Origin: Nemertoderma westbladi | Taxonomy: Eukaryota > Animalia > Xenacoelomorpha | DNA: 64,000 nt | Reading direction: 5' to 3' | NCBI GenBank assembly: GCA_032718475.1 | Contig: JAUCBJ010001484.1 | Span: 1,825-65,824 of the forward strand | Part shown: piece by piece, positions 13,545-25,667 of the stretch | Numbering within the stretch: position 1 is the stretch's first letter | Layout of the letters: each line of letters starts with the position of its first letter | Position numbers and translations under genes: made by a program | Notes under the pieces: generated by a model | What the model was told of the DNA's origin: nothing | Database searches by the model: none | Seen by the model: the letters and a program-made list of their open reading frames with translations, nothing else

Positions 13545-14417
13545 GGGTTCGGGTTCGGGTTCGGGATCGGGTTCGGGTTCGGGATCGGGATCGGGTTCGG
13601 GATTGGATTGGGTTCGGTTTCGGGTTCGGGTTCGGGATCGGGTTCGGGTTCGGGTGCGGGTTCGGGTTCGGGTGCGGGATCGGGATCGGGTTCGGGTTCG
13701 GGTTCGGGATCGGGTGCGGGTTCGGGTTCGGGTGCGGGTGCGGGTGCGGGTTCGGGATCGGGTTCGGGTTCGGGTTCGGGATCGGGTTCGGGTTCGGGTT
13801 CGGGATCGGGTTCGGGTTCGGGATCGGGTGCGGGTTCGGGTTCGGGTGCGGGTGCGGGTTCGGGTTCGGGATCGGGTTTGGGTTTGGGTTCGGGATCGGG
13901 TTCGGGTTCGGGATCGGGTTCGGGTGCGGGTGCGGGTGCGGGTTCGGGATCGGGTTCGGGTTCGGGTTCGGGTTCGGGATCGGGTTCGGGTTCGGGATCG
14001 GGTGCGGGTTCGTGATCGGGTGCGGGTTCGGGTTCGGGTGCGGGTTCGGGTTCGGGATCGGGTTCGGGTTCGGGTTCGGGTTCGGGTGCGGGTTCGGGTT
14101 CGGGTTCGGGATCGGGTTCGGGTTCGGGTTCGGGATCGGGTTCGGGTTCGGGTTCGGGTTCGGGATCGGGTTCGGGTTCGGGATCGGGTTCGGGTTCGGG
14201 TTCGGGATCGGGTTCGGGTGCGGGTGCGGGTTCGGGATCGGGATCGGGATCGGGTTCGGGTTCGGGTTCGGGATCGGGTTCGGGTTCGGGATCGGGTGCG
14301 GGTTCGTGATCGGGTGCGGGTTCGGGTTCGGGTGCGGGTGCGGGTTCGGGATCGGGTTCGGGTTCGGGATCGGGATCGGGACCGGGATCGGGTTCGGGAT
14401 CGGGTTCGGGATCGGGA
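13545..14417. repeat. G-rich hexamer microsatellite (CGGGTT/CGGGAT/CGGGTG)n, ~145 units
   Basis: Directly visible. It produces the spurious low-complexity ORFs (PE, RT, GF, RV, GS repeats) on both strands. Confidence 0.98.
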
Positions 14418-14792
14418 TTGCAATTTTGGATTAAATTACTTAAAGTTAATTTGATTTCTGGATGGTCTACTAACATAAAAATTCGATATAATCAAAACAT
14501 TTCCGTTCTGGTGCAACTAATATTTATCAGATATTCAATACATTTACTTCACTATTTATACTTCGGGATCCCGTTCCAAAAACGTCGTGATCGGGACCGG
14601 GTTTGAATTTTTTTCCGGGATCCCATTTAAACACCTTAGAGCTCCAGATTTTACTATTTGCGTTCGTATGTCGGTAGGTTGATATTGCGATTTATGGGTT
14701 GCTAGGGTACCACGTCTTTCCTCAGAGGGAATATTAACTAGTATTTCTAGTTTATTTATTTATGTAATAATACCTAACGTCTACCGTTTCAG

Positions 14793-14969
14793 AATGCCGG
14801 TAGCGCCAACTGAAAGCGGCGAATTGATCCAGCAGCCCCGGGCTTCTGTACCGGTTGGGGGTGCATCGGATGAGGCCATTCTAGACGGACGGCGGTGGGG
14901 TGCTGATTGGGCTTGCGACAACGTTAATCAGATACCCCAAACCTACGAGAAACCCCCGCCCCCCGAGAG
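14793..14969 (+). CDS. Unidentified + strand gene, coding exon A (phase 2-2): MPVAPTESGELIQQP...TYEKPPPPE
   Basis: Acceptor ccgtttcAG at 14791-14792 and donor GAG|GTTAGT at 14970. GC-rich island in AT-rich flanks. Phase is compatible with the next exon. Confidence 0.7.
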
Positions 14970-15239
14970 GTTAGTTCATTTCTTTCTAGATAATGTTTTC
15001 TGGATTGATTATTAGTTTGCTAATTTGAAAAATACTCTCACAGACACCAGAAACATAAGCAAGGCATTACCATAAATTTGTTCATAAATAGTTCCTGAAA
15101 AAGAAATGAAATCAGATAATAAAGTCATGGATAGTTTGTGGATAAAGTTAAAGCTTTTTTTTTACGGGAGAGGGGCTTGGAGAGTTTTGCTTATAAATCC
15201 AGTTTACATCAACCGATTTTAATGGTTGATGGCTCGTTT

Positions 15240-18200
15240 GGAAGATTAGAGCGAGCTCTACAACATAGATAAAATCTGAGCTGCACACTAATATTGTATT
15301 TTCACTACAAGAAGTCAAGTCATAAAAATGTATACCTTGGTGTCTACCTTGGGCGTTGCAAAATATAGTCCCCATGAAATAAGCTGCCATACAAAAATAT
15401 GACTTAAATATCTTGGCCAATATTATATACCAATCGATAGAGTGGACGTTGCTTCTTCATTTAATCACAAAGGGCACATAAACATGACCCATGGCTTAAA
15501 ACAACGTCTAGCATAGCAAACTAGATAGAATTTCACTTTTTTCTTAAAAAAAAATACTGTAAAAACAACATCTACGAACTGTCTACATGGTGTCGGAATG
15601 CCGCCAAATAAATATTTATTGTAAAATGAGTATTGATTCTGCTTCCCAAATTACATATATTCCACCCGCGTACTTCCTGCAATTTGACCACACAATCTGT
15701 TTAAGGAGGGTAGGACACGATTTTGGATAGTATGTATACCCTTGGAACATAACTTTGACTGCCTGTCATTTTCTACAAACGAACGGGTTTATCACTTACA
15801 ATTTTAATTACTTCTATAGAGCCCTTTGTGTTGGCTAAGCTAAATTGTCGCTGCCCTTCCCGTTTCTATGATACTGCAGTATATTGGTATACCTTGGTAT
15901 AAGACCTTTGGAACCCTAAGACCCTTGGAATTTGTATCCCTTGGAAGTGAAAGAGTTTGTTCGTTCCAAGGTAGACATTTTTATACCAAGGTAGACAGTT
16001 TTAGCTCATTATACATATTATTATAATGTTCAAGGTATACTTATCAGTGTGATAAACAATGGGACAGCAACACGCCAAGCTTCTATAATGTTTTCAAGGT
16101 ATACAATGCAATTAATACACGGTAGGCGTTTAACAGCCCCACTACGATATACACAATGGGGAAAGCTTCAACAACAACTTAGTACAATTAATACACGGTA
16201 GGCGTTTAACAGCCCCACTGCCACTATATGGAATTTCAATGTAGCATTCTACTATAGCATCGTTACTGTGATGTGCCACTTATTTAACTCAAGTATCTCC
16301 CAGGCTTGAAATCAGAATACCGTTATAATTCATTTACCGGCACTTGGTAAAATAACTTAAGGGGCGTTCATAAAGGCACGCGTTCATGAGGGGGGGGGGG
16401 GGGTATCTGACGAGTTCCAATCATTCGCAAAAGATAATATAAGCAGTTTCCATTACTCGGTCATTTCGCTGGTCGATTTGAAGGGTGAACATGATAGTCT
16501 TCCAGAAACATTAACTTCCCCCAAACTCATTCCAAAAACGAGACAAATTCACCAGATAGAATGGATCCCGTCCCAGAAGGAATACCTCGTGCTAAACTGT
16601 TCTCATTACCTGTAAGGTAAATTCTGTAACAAGTACCCTCTGAGGTATTTTAATCCGGACAAACTTCCTCAAAGAGCCACGAAAAATAGGCTGTCGAAAA
16701 TTGCTACTGTCCCAACCTCTAAACCGCGAGATGCATGCTTACATAGCATTTCAAAGGAACTAGCTTAGCTACCCCCTACCCCCTACCACCATTTAAACTT
16801 AGAGGCGATGAAACACGCAAACTAGTCGAACAGATTTTCTGGGGCTTCAGTTAACTATTCTGATAAGTTAATGAACATATTGAATTTGTTTATTTGTAAT
16901 GATTTGTCGTGTTTATAGCAAATGATGTCGTACACAACACATACAAAAACAGACATATGTAAATTACTATCAATTAAGTAGTTACAGTGCATCTGTCTCC
17001 CGAAACTTTAAATACATACTGTACAAAGGCTTACTCTGAATATTGAACTGAATATATTGACCCCAGATATAGCCTACCTTATCTACTTGTTTTCAAAATC
17101 ACTAATATCGTAACCCTTGATACACAAATCTCATGCCTTAAAGATTGAACCCATGTTTACCTTGTTACACCAAACGACGAAGAATACCTTGGTACACTAC
17201 CTTGCTACACAACACGTATACCTTGGTACACTACCTTGCTACACAACACGTATACCTTGAAAATTTAACCAATGTATACCTTGGTACACAAAATGTATAC
17301 CTTGGTACACAAATTGTATACCTTTGGTACACAAAACGTATACCTTGAAAATGTAACCAATGTATACCTTGGTACACAAAAATGTATACCTTGAACCCAT
17401 GTATACCTTGGATGTCTACCTTGGATAGCATTTAGCGTTACTTCGCCTATAAAACTTTTAGACTTGAATATATTTATATATTTTGGCCAGATCTGGAAAG
17501 AGCTCAAAAAGACGATTCCAATGGTATATAATATATTGGGGTTCGGCAAGAAATAAAAAAAAAATATTTTGCAACGCTTTGAGCCACGTTTATTGACCAA
17601 TGACCTGGTGTGTTTCCTTCCTGTCAAACACTATTAACCAACCAGACCAACAAACCAAACCAACTGATAGTTTTGCGCGGGAAGGTTTGAAATTTGTAGG
17701 CGATTATCTCTGAATGACATTTTTTCGCACGAAAAATATTACTCCTCCGCCATTTCTTAACCGTTTTTTTGCAATTTATTGATTTATATGAAAGGTAATA
17801 TCATAAGCTTCAAGAATTCCTTAGAATTAGTTAAATTTATAATATTTCCCCATTTTTTGAATGAAAATTTACAAAAAAACGTAGGTATTTTCAGTTTATA
17901 AAAAATTTTGATTTTTTTTTTACAAAATTGCCAATTATCAGAAGTAGAAAACGAAAATATAAAATTTGCGTGAAAAATGTGATGAAAATGAACATGACCC
18001 CAACGTAACTGTGTCCTTCTGCCCCATTCCTACCATTACTCCCTGTAAGAAATAAGAGTAATCAGGGTTTTGTTTTTCTAAATAAGTTAGTGAAATTTAT
18101 AAAAAAAATAGCATGATGAACATAATATTTTATGATGGTTCCAAAAAATGTAATATCGAAAAATAAAGATAGGAATAACGGTAATAATTAGTGAAATTTT

Positions 18201-18400
18201 ATAATCTGACGCAGGCCGGTAAGGGGCGCCAAAATCTTTTCAAATTTGTATGTACTTTGATTATTCTCTTTTCGATGGTATATCGTTTTCTATGCATTTT
18301 TCAACCACATTGGAGACATAAACAAAATAAGAAAAAACCGTAGGGGGGGTACCCCCCCCCCCCCCCCCCCACCCCCCCCCCCCCTCTCTCTCTTAAAGTG
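15240..18400. mobile_element. Probable decayed or nested non-autonomous DNA-transposon sequence with GTATACCTTG repeats
   Basis: The GTATACCTTG(G) motif recurs on both strands. Inverted matches: GCGTTGCAAAATAT (~15353) vs ATATTTTGCAACGC (~17564) and TATTATATACCA (~15421) vs TGGTATATAATA (~17522). Termini were not resolved. Confidence 0.4.
17150..17425. repeat. Degenerate ~21-bp minisatellite (GTATACCTTGGTACACAAAAT-like)
   Basis: Visible tandem copies. They give the spurious VYLGTQN and RYTFCVP ORFs. Confidence 0.85.
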
Positions 18401-18552
18401 CGCAGCGGGAATAGAGTCCGAAGGATTCGGGTACTATCTAAGGCGTTATTATAAGGGTACAACTAACAGTTAGTAGCAGCAAATCATATGCAATTTAAAA
18501 TGAAGGTCTTTTTAAACATAATGATTATTTTAATATAATAATAATATTTTAG

Positions 18553-18789
18553 CCGCCACAGAAAGTCAACAGTGGATTTATCTGGGCCTCTCTCTCGCAA
18601 TGACGTTCTAACCGTGGGAACCAATGTGAGCAGGGCCCAACGGGGACCCCATCATTGGGACACTGTCGGGGTTATGGACTACCTGAGACAATCTGAATAC
18701 GAAGGCGCTGTCACTCAACGTACCCACGATATACTGGGTGTTGGGCCTGAGGATTACGGTGATCTAGACCAACCGCCTCCACCACCCAG
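18553..18789 (+). CDS. Unidentified + strand gene, coding exon B (phase 2-2): RHRKSTVDLSGPLS...YGDLDQPPPPP
   Basis: Acceptor attttAG at 18551-18552 and consensus donor CAG|GTGAGT at 18790. In frame with exons A and C. Confidence 0.75.
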
Positions 18790-20945
18790 GTGAGTCAGTA
18801 CGGGGACCAGACCAACCGCCTCCACCACCCAGGTGAGTCAGTACGGGACCTAGACCAACCGCCTCCACCACCCAGGTGAGTCAGTACGGGGACCTAGACC
18901 AACCGCCTCCACCACCCAGGTGAGTCAGTGCGGGGACCTAGACCAACCGCCTCCACCACCCAGGTGAGTCAGTGCGGGGACCTAGACCAACCGCCTCCAC
19001 CACCCAGGTGAGTCAGTACGGGGACCTAGACCAACCGCCTCCACCACCCAGGTGAGTCAGTACGGGGACCTAGACCAACCGCCTCCACCACCCAGGTGAG
19101 TCAGTGCGGGGACCTAGACCAACCGCCTCCACCACCCAGGTGAGTCAGTGCGGGGACCTAGACCAACCGCCTCCACCACCCAGGTGAGTCAGTACGGGGA
19201 CCAGACCAACCGCCTCCACCACCCAGGTGAGTCAGTACGGGGACCTAGACCAACCGCCTCCACCACCCAGGTGAGTCAGTGCGGGGACCTAGACCAACCG
19301 CCTCCACCACCCAGGTGAGTCAGTACGGGGACCTAGACCAACCGCCTCCACCACCCAGGTGAGTCAGTGCGGGGACCAGACCAACCGCCTCCACCACCCA
19401 GGTGAGTCAGTACGGGGACCTAGACCAACCGCCTCCACCACCCAGGTGAGTCAGTGCGGGGACCTAGACCAACCGCCTCCACCACCCAGGTGAGTCAGTA
19501 CGGGGACCTAGACCAACCGCCTCCACCACCCAGGTGAGTCAGTACGGGGACCTAGACCAACCGCCTCCACCACCCAGGTGAGTCAGTACGGGGACCAGAC
19601 CAACCGCCTCCACCACCCAGGTGAGTCAGTGCGGGGACCTAGACCAACCGCCTCCACCACCCAGGTGAGTCAGTGCGGGGACCTAGACCAACCGCCTCCA
19701 CCACCCAGGTGAGTCAGTGCGGGGACCTAGACCAACCGCCTCCACCACCCAGGTGAGTCAGTGCGGGGACCTAGACCAACCGCCTCCACCACCCAGGTGA
19801 GTCAGTGCGGGGACCTAGACCAACCGCCTCCACCACCCAGGTGAGTCAGTGCGGGGACCTAGACCAACCGCCTCCACCACCCAGGTGAGTCAGTCTCAGT
19901 ACGGGGACCAGACCAACCGCCTCCACCACCCAGGTGAGTCAGTCTCAGTACGGGGACCAGACCAACCGCCTCCACCACCCAGGTGAGTCAGTGCGGGGAC
20001 CTAGACCAACCGCCTCCACCACCCAGGTGAGTCAGTGCGGGGACCTAGACCAACCGCCTCCACCACCCAGGTGAGTCAGTCTCAGTACGGGGACCAGACC
20101 AACCGCCTCCACCACCCAGGTGAGTCAGTCTCAGTACGGGGACCTAGACCAACCGCCTCCACCACCCAGGTGTGTCAGTGCGGGGACCAGACCAACCGCC
20201 TCCACCACCCAGGTGAGTCAGTCTCAGTACGGGGACCAGACCAACCGCCTCCACCACCCAGGTGAGTCAGTCTCAGTACGGGGACCAGACCAACCGCCTC
20301 CACCACCCAGGTGTGTCAGTGCGGGGACCAGACCAACCGCCTCCACCACCCAGGTGAGTCAGTGCGGGGACCTAGACCAACCGCCTCCACCACCCAGGTG
20401 AGTCAGTGCGGGGACCAGACCAACCGCCTCCACCACCCAGGTGAGTCAGTACGGGGACCTAGACCAACCGCCTCCACCACCCAGGTGAGTCAGTACGGGG
20501 ACCTAGACCAACCGCCTCCACCGCGCAGGTGAGTCAGTACGGGGACCAGACCAACCGCCTCCACCACCCAGGTGAGTCAGTACGGGGATCTAGACCAACC
20601 GCCTCCACCACCCAGGTGAGTCAGTACGGGGACCTAGACCAACCGCCTCCACCACCCAGGTGAGTCAGTACGGGGACCAGACCAACCGCCTCCACCACCC
20701 AGGTGAGTCAGTACGGGGACCAGACCAACCGCCTCCACCACCCAGGTGAGTCAGTACGGGGACCAGACCAAGCGCCTCCACCACCCAGGTGAGTCAGTAC
20801 GGGGACCCAGACCAACCGCCTCCACCACCCAGGTGAGTCAGTACGGGGACCCAGACCAACCGCCTCCACCACCCAGGTGAGTCAGTACGGGGACCAGACC
20901 AACCTCCTCCACCACCCAGGTGAGTCAGTACGGGGACCTAGACCC
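18790..20945 (+). repeat. Intronic 43-50-bp minisatellite built from the exon B/intron junction (GTGAGTCAGTACGGGGACCTAGACCAACCGCCTCCACCACCCAG)
   Basis: The unit is 9 nt of intron start plus ~35 nt matching the end of exon B. I counted 49 CAG|GT junctions by eye (47 GTGAGT, 2 GTGTGT). Confidence 0.97.
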
Positions 20946-21103
20946 CCCCCCCCCCCCCCCAACCCCCAACCCCCGTCAGCACCCCCCCCCCCCCCCTCCC
21001 CATCCCACCATATAGGGCCCTCGACCACCCAATCCCCAGTCATTGATTGGCGCTTGTAGGAATATTTGCTCTGTGTTGCAACTTAATTTTGATTTGTTTA
21101 CAG

Positions 21104-21560
21104 GTCACCTGTATTGAGCAATCCAAAATGTGACGAAGCCGTTGCTACCCGTGATATAAACGACAATTGTTTGGTAAACAACGATGTTGACCGACCTGGG
21201 GTCGAACCCGTGGTATTTAGGGAGGACAATGACCCCCCGCCACGGGAAGGAGACCTGGATCCTCCAATATTGGAAGGATTGGTAGACAAAACTGATTTCG
21301 CTGTCGAAAATAAAATTCCTCAAACTGATGCTGTGAGATTTTCCTCTCAAAATGGTGCTATAGATATTAATTATGATAATTGTATTGGTGCGACTACTAG
21401 TGTGCCTTATCTTATATCCAGTCCTACGGAAGTTGTAGTAGACCTCCAGGATCCCCTCGATATTTGCAGAACTTCCCCTCCAAACCAAAGAAACAAACTA
21501 GACGATCGTTATAGAAGTAATGATAACGATTGTGAACATCAAGGCAGGATCTCGAGAAAG
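21104..21560 (+). CDS. Unidentified + strand gene, coding exon C (phase 2-0): SPVLSNPKCDEAVAT...QGRISRK
   Basis: Acceptor tttgtttacAG at 21102-21103 and donor AAG|GTTTGT at 21561. Matches ORF 21114-21587. Confidence 0.75.
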
Positions 21561-21577
21561 GTTTGTATTATTAAATT

Positions 21578-21702
21578 AGTGTTTTAACCAGATCCCGAAA
21601 AAACAAGATTTAATTCAAAATTGAAATCCCGGAATTCGGGTTCCCGGTGGGACATAATCCCGATCCCGGAAAATCCGAGAAGTGTGATCCCGTTTAAACA
21701 CT
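21578..21702. mobile_element. ~125-bp MITE with imperfect hAT-like terminal inverted repeats
   Basis: Left TAGTGTTTTAACCAGATC vs right GATCCCGTTTAAACACT, with internal ATCCCG/CGGG motifs. The same right end (GATCCCATTTAAACAC) occurs at 14619-14634. Confidence 0.55.
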
Positions 21703-22250
21703 TTTTTAAATTGATTTAGGGACTTATTCTGCTCGACTATTCTTTATAGAGATAAATACTGTAAGTCTTCAATAGTCGGAAAATTACTTATACTTTTATA
21801 AAAATGTTATTTGTTATTTTGTATTTGTGAGTAATTGTTTATATTTTTCATTGGTCACAACTTATAGAAGAGTTGAGCATTGAGTCCTCAATTTACGTTC
21901 ACGTGGCCTCTTCCTCTCATAATACCACTCACACTGCGGCCACAATGATCAACTCTAATGTACATCGGCCGTCTATATGAAGGTTACCTGTTCGTGCACA
22001 CCTATAAACATCGCTTTTTGTGCGCCTTCTTTTCGCTTCTCGGGATAAATAATGGCATCCATGACTAACTAACACCAGTTTTATTTAATAACTAAAGTTA
22101 AAAAGGCACATTGAGTTTCATCTTCAACCTATTCCGCGTACTGTTTTATTTTTATGAATTTTATTCAATTAAATACTTACAGATGCGGATATTCCTTATG
22201 CTCCCCCCGTACTTATAATAATTAACGTTTCTTAATTGTTTTGTTTTTAG

Positions 22251-25200
22251 AATGAAGATGCTCTTTCCTCTCGTATTAATCTAATTAATTTGGATATGCC
22301 CCCACACTCTGGTGTCAGCGAAGATTCCAGGGGTCTGGAGAACAGATGGTCCATCGATTATGTAGACAAGGACCCGCGAGGCCAATACCTCGGTCAGAGC
22401 ACCTACATACATCTCAAAGAGTTATTCTCACCCAACGGCGTTGGTAGTAACGCCCAGTCCCAGAGTCTGGAGGACATCCGTCGCAGTTTGTTCCCGGATA
22501 AACCATCGAGGAATCTGATTTTCTCCGAGGATTCGGGGCGTCGGCATTCCACTGACCCTATCCCCGTCTCTGTAGCCAATCAGGACGTCGCCCCACATTC
22601 CGGACTCAAGCTAGACCCCGCATTGTTGAATAAGTCCTGGTCGGGTTACCCCGAGGCTTCCTCGTGTCAGCCCAGCAGTACGTTTTTTCCTACTTACGTT
22701 GTCGCGAAAACTACTGCCAGTCGCGACGACGAATTGCCTAAGGATTCAACCGCCTTCCCTCCTTCTCGTGTTCAAGAATTAATATCTCGATGGGAGATTA
22801 ATACGCCGCCCAACGCTGCCGGTATCGTTTCCAATGCATTACCTCCTCGACAAACTTCCAAATCTGAATCTTTCCAAAAGCCTCGTAAAATCTCCACACC
22901 ATCTGACTCAAAGTCATTCACAGAAATCCCAAATATCTCTTATGGAGAACCTGAGTCCAAGATTCGATTATCGAAATCAGCGTTGTCATTAATTTTAGAA
23001 TCGGAAAGTAACAAACGCAAACCACGAGCTCCAACTCCAATTCCGCGATCCATCAAAGAAATCGGAACGATTTTTAAACTCCTGGCGAAGAAGAAAGGTG
23101 CTTCCAATCACCAACGTTTCCCGGCGAATTCGCCCGATATAGAACAAATGTATTTCGATAAACCGTTAAGTAAAACCGCTCCGACTTCCCCTTCGGGGGA
23201 TCCACCTCCATCGACGGCGATTTATCCTAAAGATCAACTCCCTAGTTACGATCCTCGGGATTGCGATCCTAGTAAACCGACTCTCAACGTGCGGGAGAGA
23301 ATTAATCTGGTCCCGTCCTCGTCCAATAACAGCTCAGAGAGTAGTCCGGCGACGGCGCTCATCCGTAGCCACCCGACGCCGCCCCACTCGGCGGCGTTGA
23401 GTGCGGGCCGATCCGCGGGGCCCTGCAGCAAACAGTTGGCGAAGCGGCGAGTCCCGAACGCGACCCACTCGGTCGGCGAGCCGTCCGACTCGAGTTCCAG
23501 CAGTAGGAATCGCCGGAAACTCAACGACGATATGCGATGGTTGTCTCCCATCGGGGTTATTCCGTCCGAGTTGTTTCCCCCCGAACCTCCTAGGAATGTG
23601 GCTGCTGATAAAATCAGACCAACAGAGAGTGATGTTGTTACCAAAGTTGGTGTTAATTCAACCAAATTGGATGTCGCAACCACTCCAATACCTTGATGCC
23701 GATATTAACAAAGAAGATAATGATACTATTAAAGTTGGTGCTAATTCTACTGAAATGGATCCTGGTTCTACCAAAGTTCTTGCTAATTATATCACGGTAG
23801 TTGCAGGTTCTACAACGATGGATCCCGAATCTACCAAAGTGGTTACCAATTCTTCCACTCATGTTGCCAATTCTTCCGAACTTATTGCTGATTCTTCCAA
23901 ACTGGCTTCCCGTCCCATGAAATTAGGCGCCGATACTACATTAACGGATCAAGGTAAATCTGTATCGCCGATTCTCCTTGTTTCGGATGATGTTGGTTAT
24001 AACGAATCCAAAACTCGCGGTGAAAACGATATAAATAATAGACTAATCGCTTCGGTTCGCGATAATCATGTCGTCCGATCTTGTTAATAATCGGGATACG
24101 GAACCGGTTTCTAATAGTGTGCACCGCGGACGGCGTGATTCCCGGAGCGGCGAGATACTAAGTGTCGATATGGCGCTGTTCAATACCCTGGCTAGCGCGC
24201 CGACTCCTACTGACGACTCCCCACACAAACCCTACGATGGTGTCAGCTTGGTAACAACTGTCAATCAAATGAAAGACCATTCCAGTGCCGACGAATCACC
24301 GAACTCCACTAACATTGTAGATCGGTCCCCTCATTCTAAATATCCAAGTTTACAAGATTTCAATGGTATAGGGTTGAATGATATCAATAAAGATTTGGTA
24401 ATTAATTCGTCTGTAATTTCACCTTGCAGTAATGTTGTTAACAATAATTCCAAGAATAGAATTGACAGTGGCATTGATACTTTAAGGTCGGTGGAGGAAA
24501 AAAGAAGCACATTGGCTTTGAAGCTTAAAGAACTGAGTGACGCTTTGGTCCCTGTAATGGCAACGCAGATCGGGCGTCAGACTGGGTATAGTTACAACGA
24601 TGCGAAGATTACCAATGAAGGTGTGAATAGGGAGATCTTGCCGACAGATAAAGGTGTGGATGTACCGCAGACGAACAGTGAGAGCGCCTGGGAAGATAAT
24701 TTGACGTTTAGTAACAACAGTTTAGCGCCTCCTCATCATTTTGTCCCGTCGTTATTTAGCGGTAAAGAAGAAAATAAGTACCAGGATAGCTCGACTCGGC
24801 AATCGGAATCTCATGCGAATTCTACCGATAAATCTAGTCTTGATCATCATATTGATATCTTGAAGAAGGAAAAATTGAACTCTTCCGCAGAGATAATTGG
24901 TAATCTTGTCGATCGTATTGATTTAGTTGGTGTTCTGAGCGCGGCCACCAGACGCAATCGGGCGGCACGCGAGTTTGCGTGTTTAGCGCAGCAGAACAAA
25001 TCCTTGGATTCGATTATTTTACCATATCGAGATCTTCCTCGTCCCCTTGAACCCGAGAAAGAACGTAGTGAAGGTGCTGGCGAGACTGCAGTTGACCGTC
25101 GGATTCCCAGACAAGATACAAACGACAATAGCGGTCACACATCCAGACGCTCCCGTAGTCATCATTCTACACGACAGAGTGGCGGTCCCAATCACAGCCG

Positions 25201-25667
25201 TAATGATGTTGATTTGTTAGTCAATAAAGATATCGAGTCTGCGAAAGACATTGGCGGAAGGAATTCTAGTTTACCGAGGGAAACCAGCCACTCTCCTGGT
25301 GTTTTTGCTAAAGTTAGAAAATACGTGAAGAAGTCGTCGCAGTCGTCATCGTCTGGTGAGAGGCGGTACGATCGGTACAAACAGCGGTCGCATCTGTCGA
25401 AGTTCGACGCGAACTCGGACAGACGCGGTTCTCTCGACTCGTCCGTGGTTCTCGACGCATCCGTCGGTGTAGACAACGGCGCGGAGGCGGTCGGGTTGAG
25501 GTCCGCTCGTCCGTGGCGACTCGAACCCGATTGCAGCACCCCGCCAGAAACTCCTCCAACCTACTCCTCCAGGGTTCGGGCCGCCGGCAGTTCTTCCCGC
25601 GCTCATCTTCCACCTGAAGCTGATGACCAGTCGGATTATCGGTCGCCACGCAGTCAACATAACCTCG
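22251..25667 (+). CDS. Unidentified + strand gene, giant coding exon D (~3.4 kb), Ser/Pro/Asn-rich and probably disordered; two apparent +1 frameshifts (~23690, ~24075)
   Basis: The acceptor ttgtttttAG at 22249-22250 is in phase with ORF 22290-23696. Coding-like sequence continues in ORF 23401-24087, then ORF 24068-25705. Donor TCG|GTAAGA at 25668. I recognised no domain. Confidence 0.7.

Noticed and set aside
13496-14476. Five long ORFs (PE, RT, GF, RV, GS repeats) on both strands
   Set aside because: They are a by-product of a stop-free hexamer microsatellite, with no splice or domain support.
18340-18395. Long poly-G/poly-C runs (also ~20945, 29650, 42290, 56170)
   Set aside because: They are common throughout this window and their length is unreliable in assemblies. 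No specific function can be supported.
15701-18396. A single TTAA-flanked Kolobok/piggyBac element
   Set aside because: TTAA occurs at both candidate ends, but the adjoining sequences do not form convincing inverted repeats.
18790-20945. Repeat units as a cassette of 35-nt alternative micro-exons or as coding repeats (ORFs 20035-21059)
   Set aside because: The intervening GTGAGTCAG is only 9 nt, too short for a spliceosomal intron; 35 nt does not preserve frame; and the ORFs shuffle between frames through unit-length variation.
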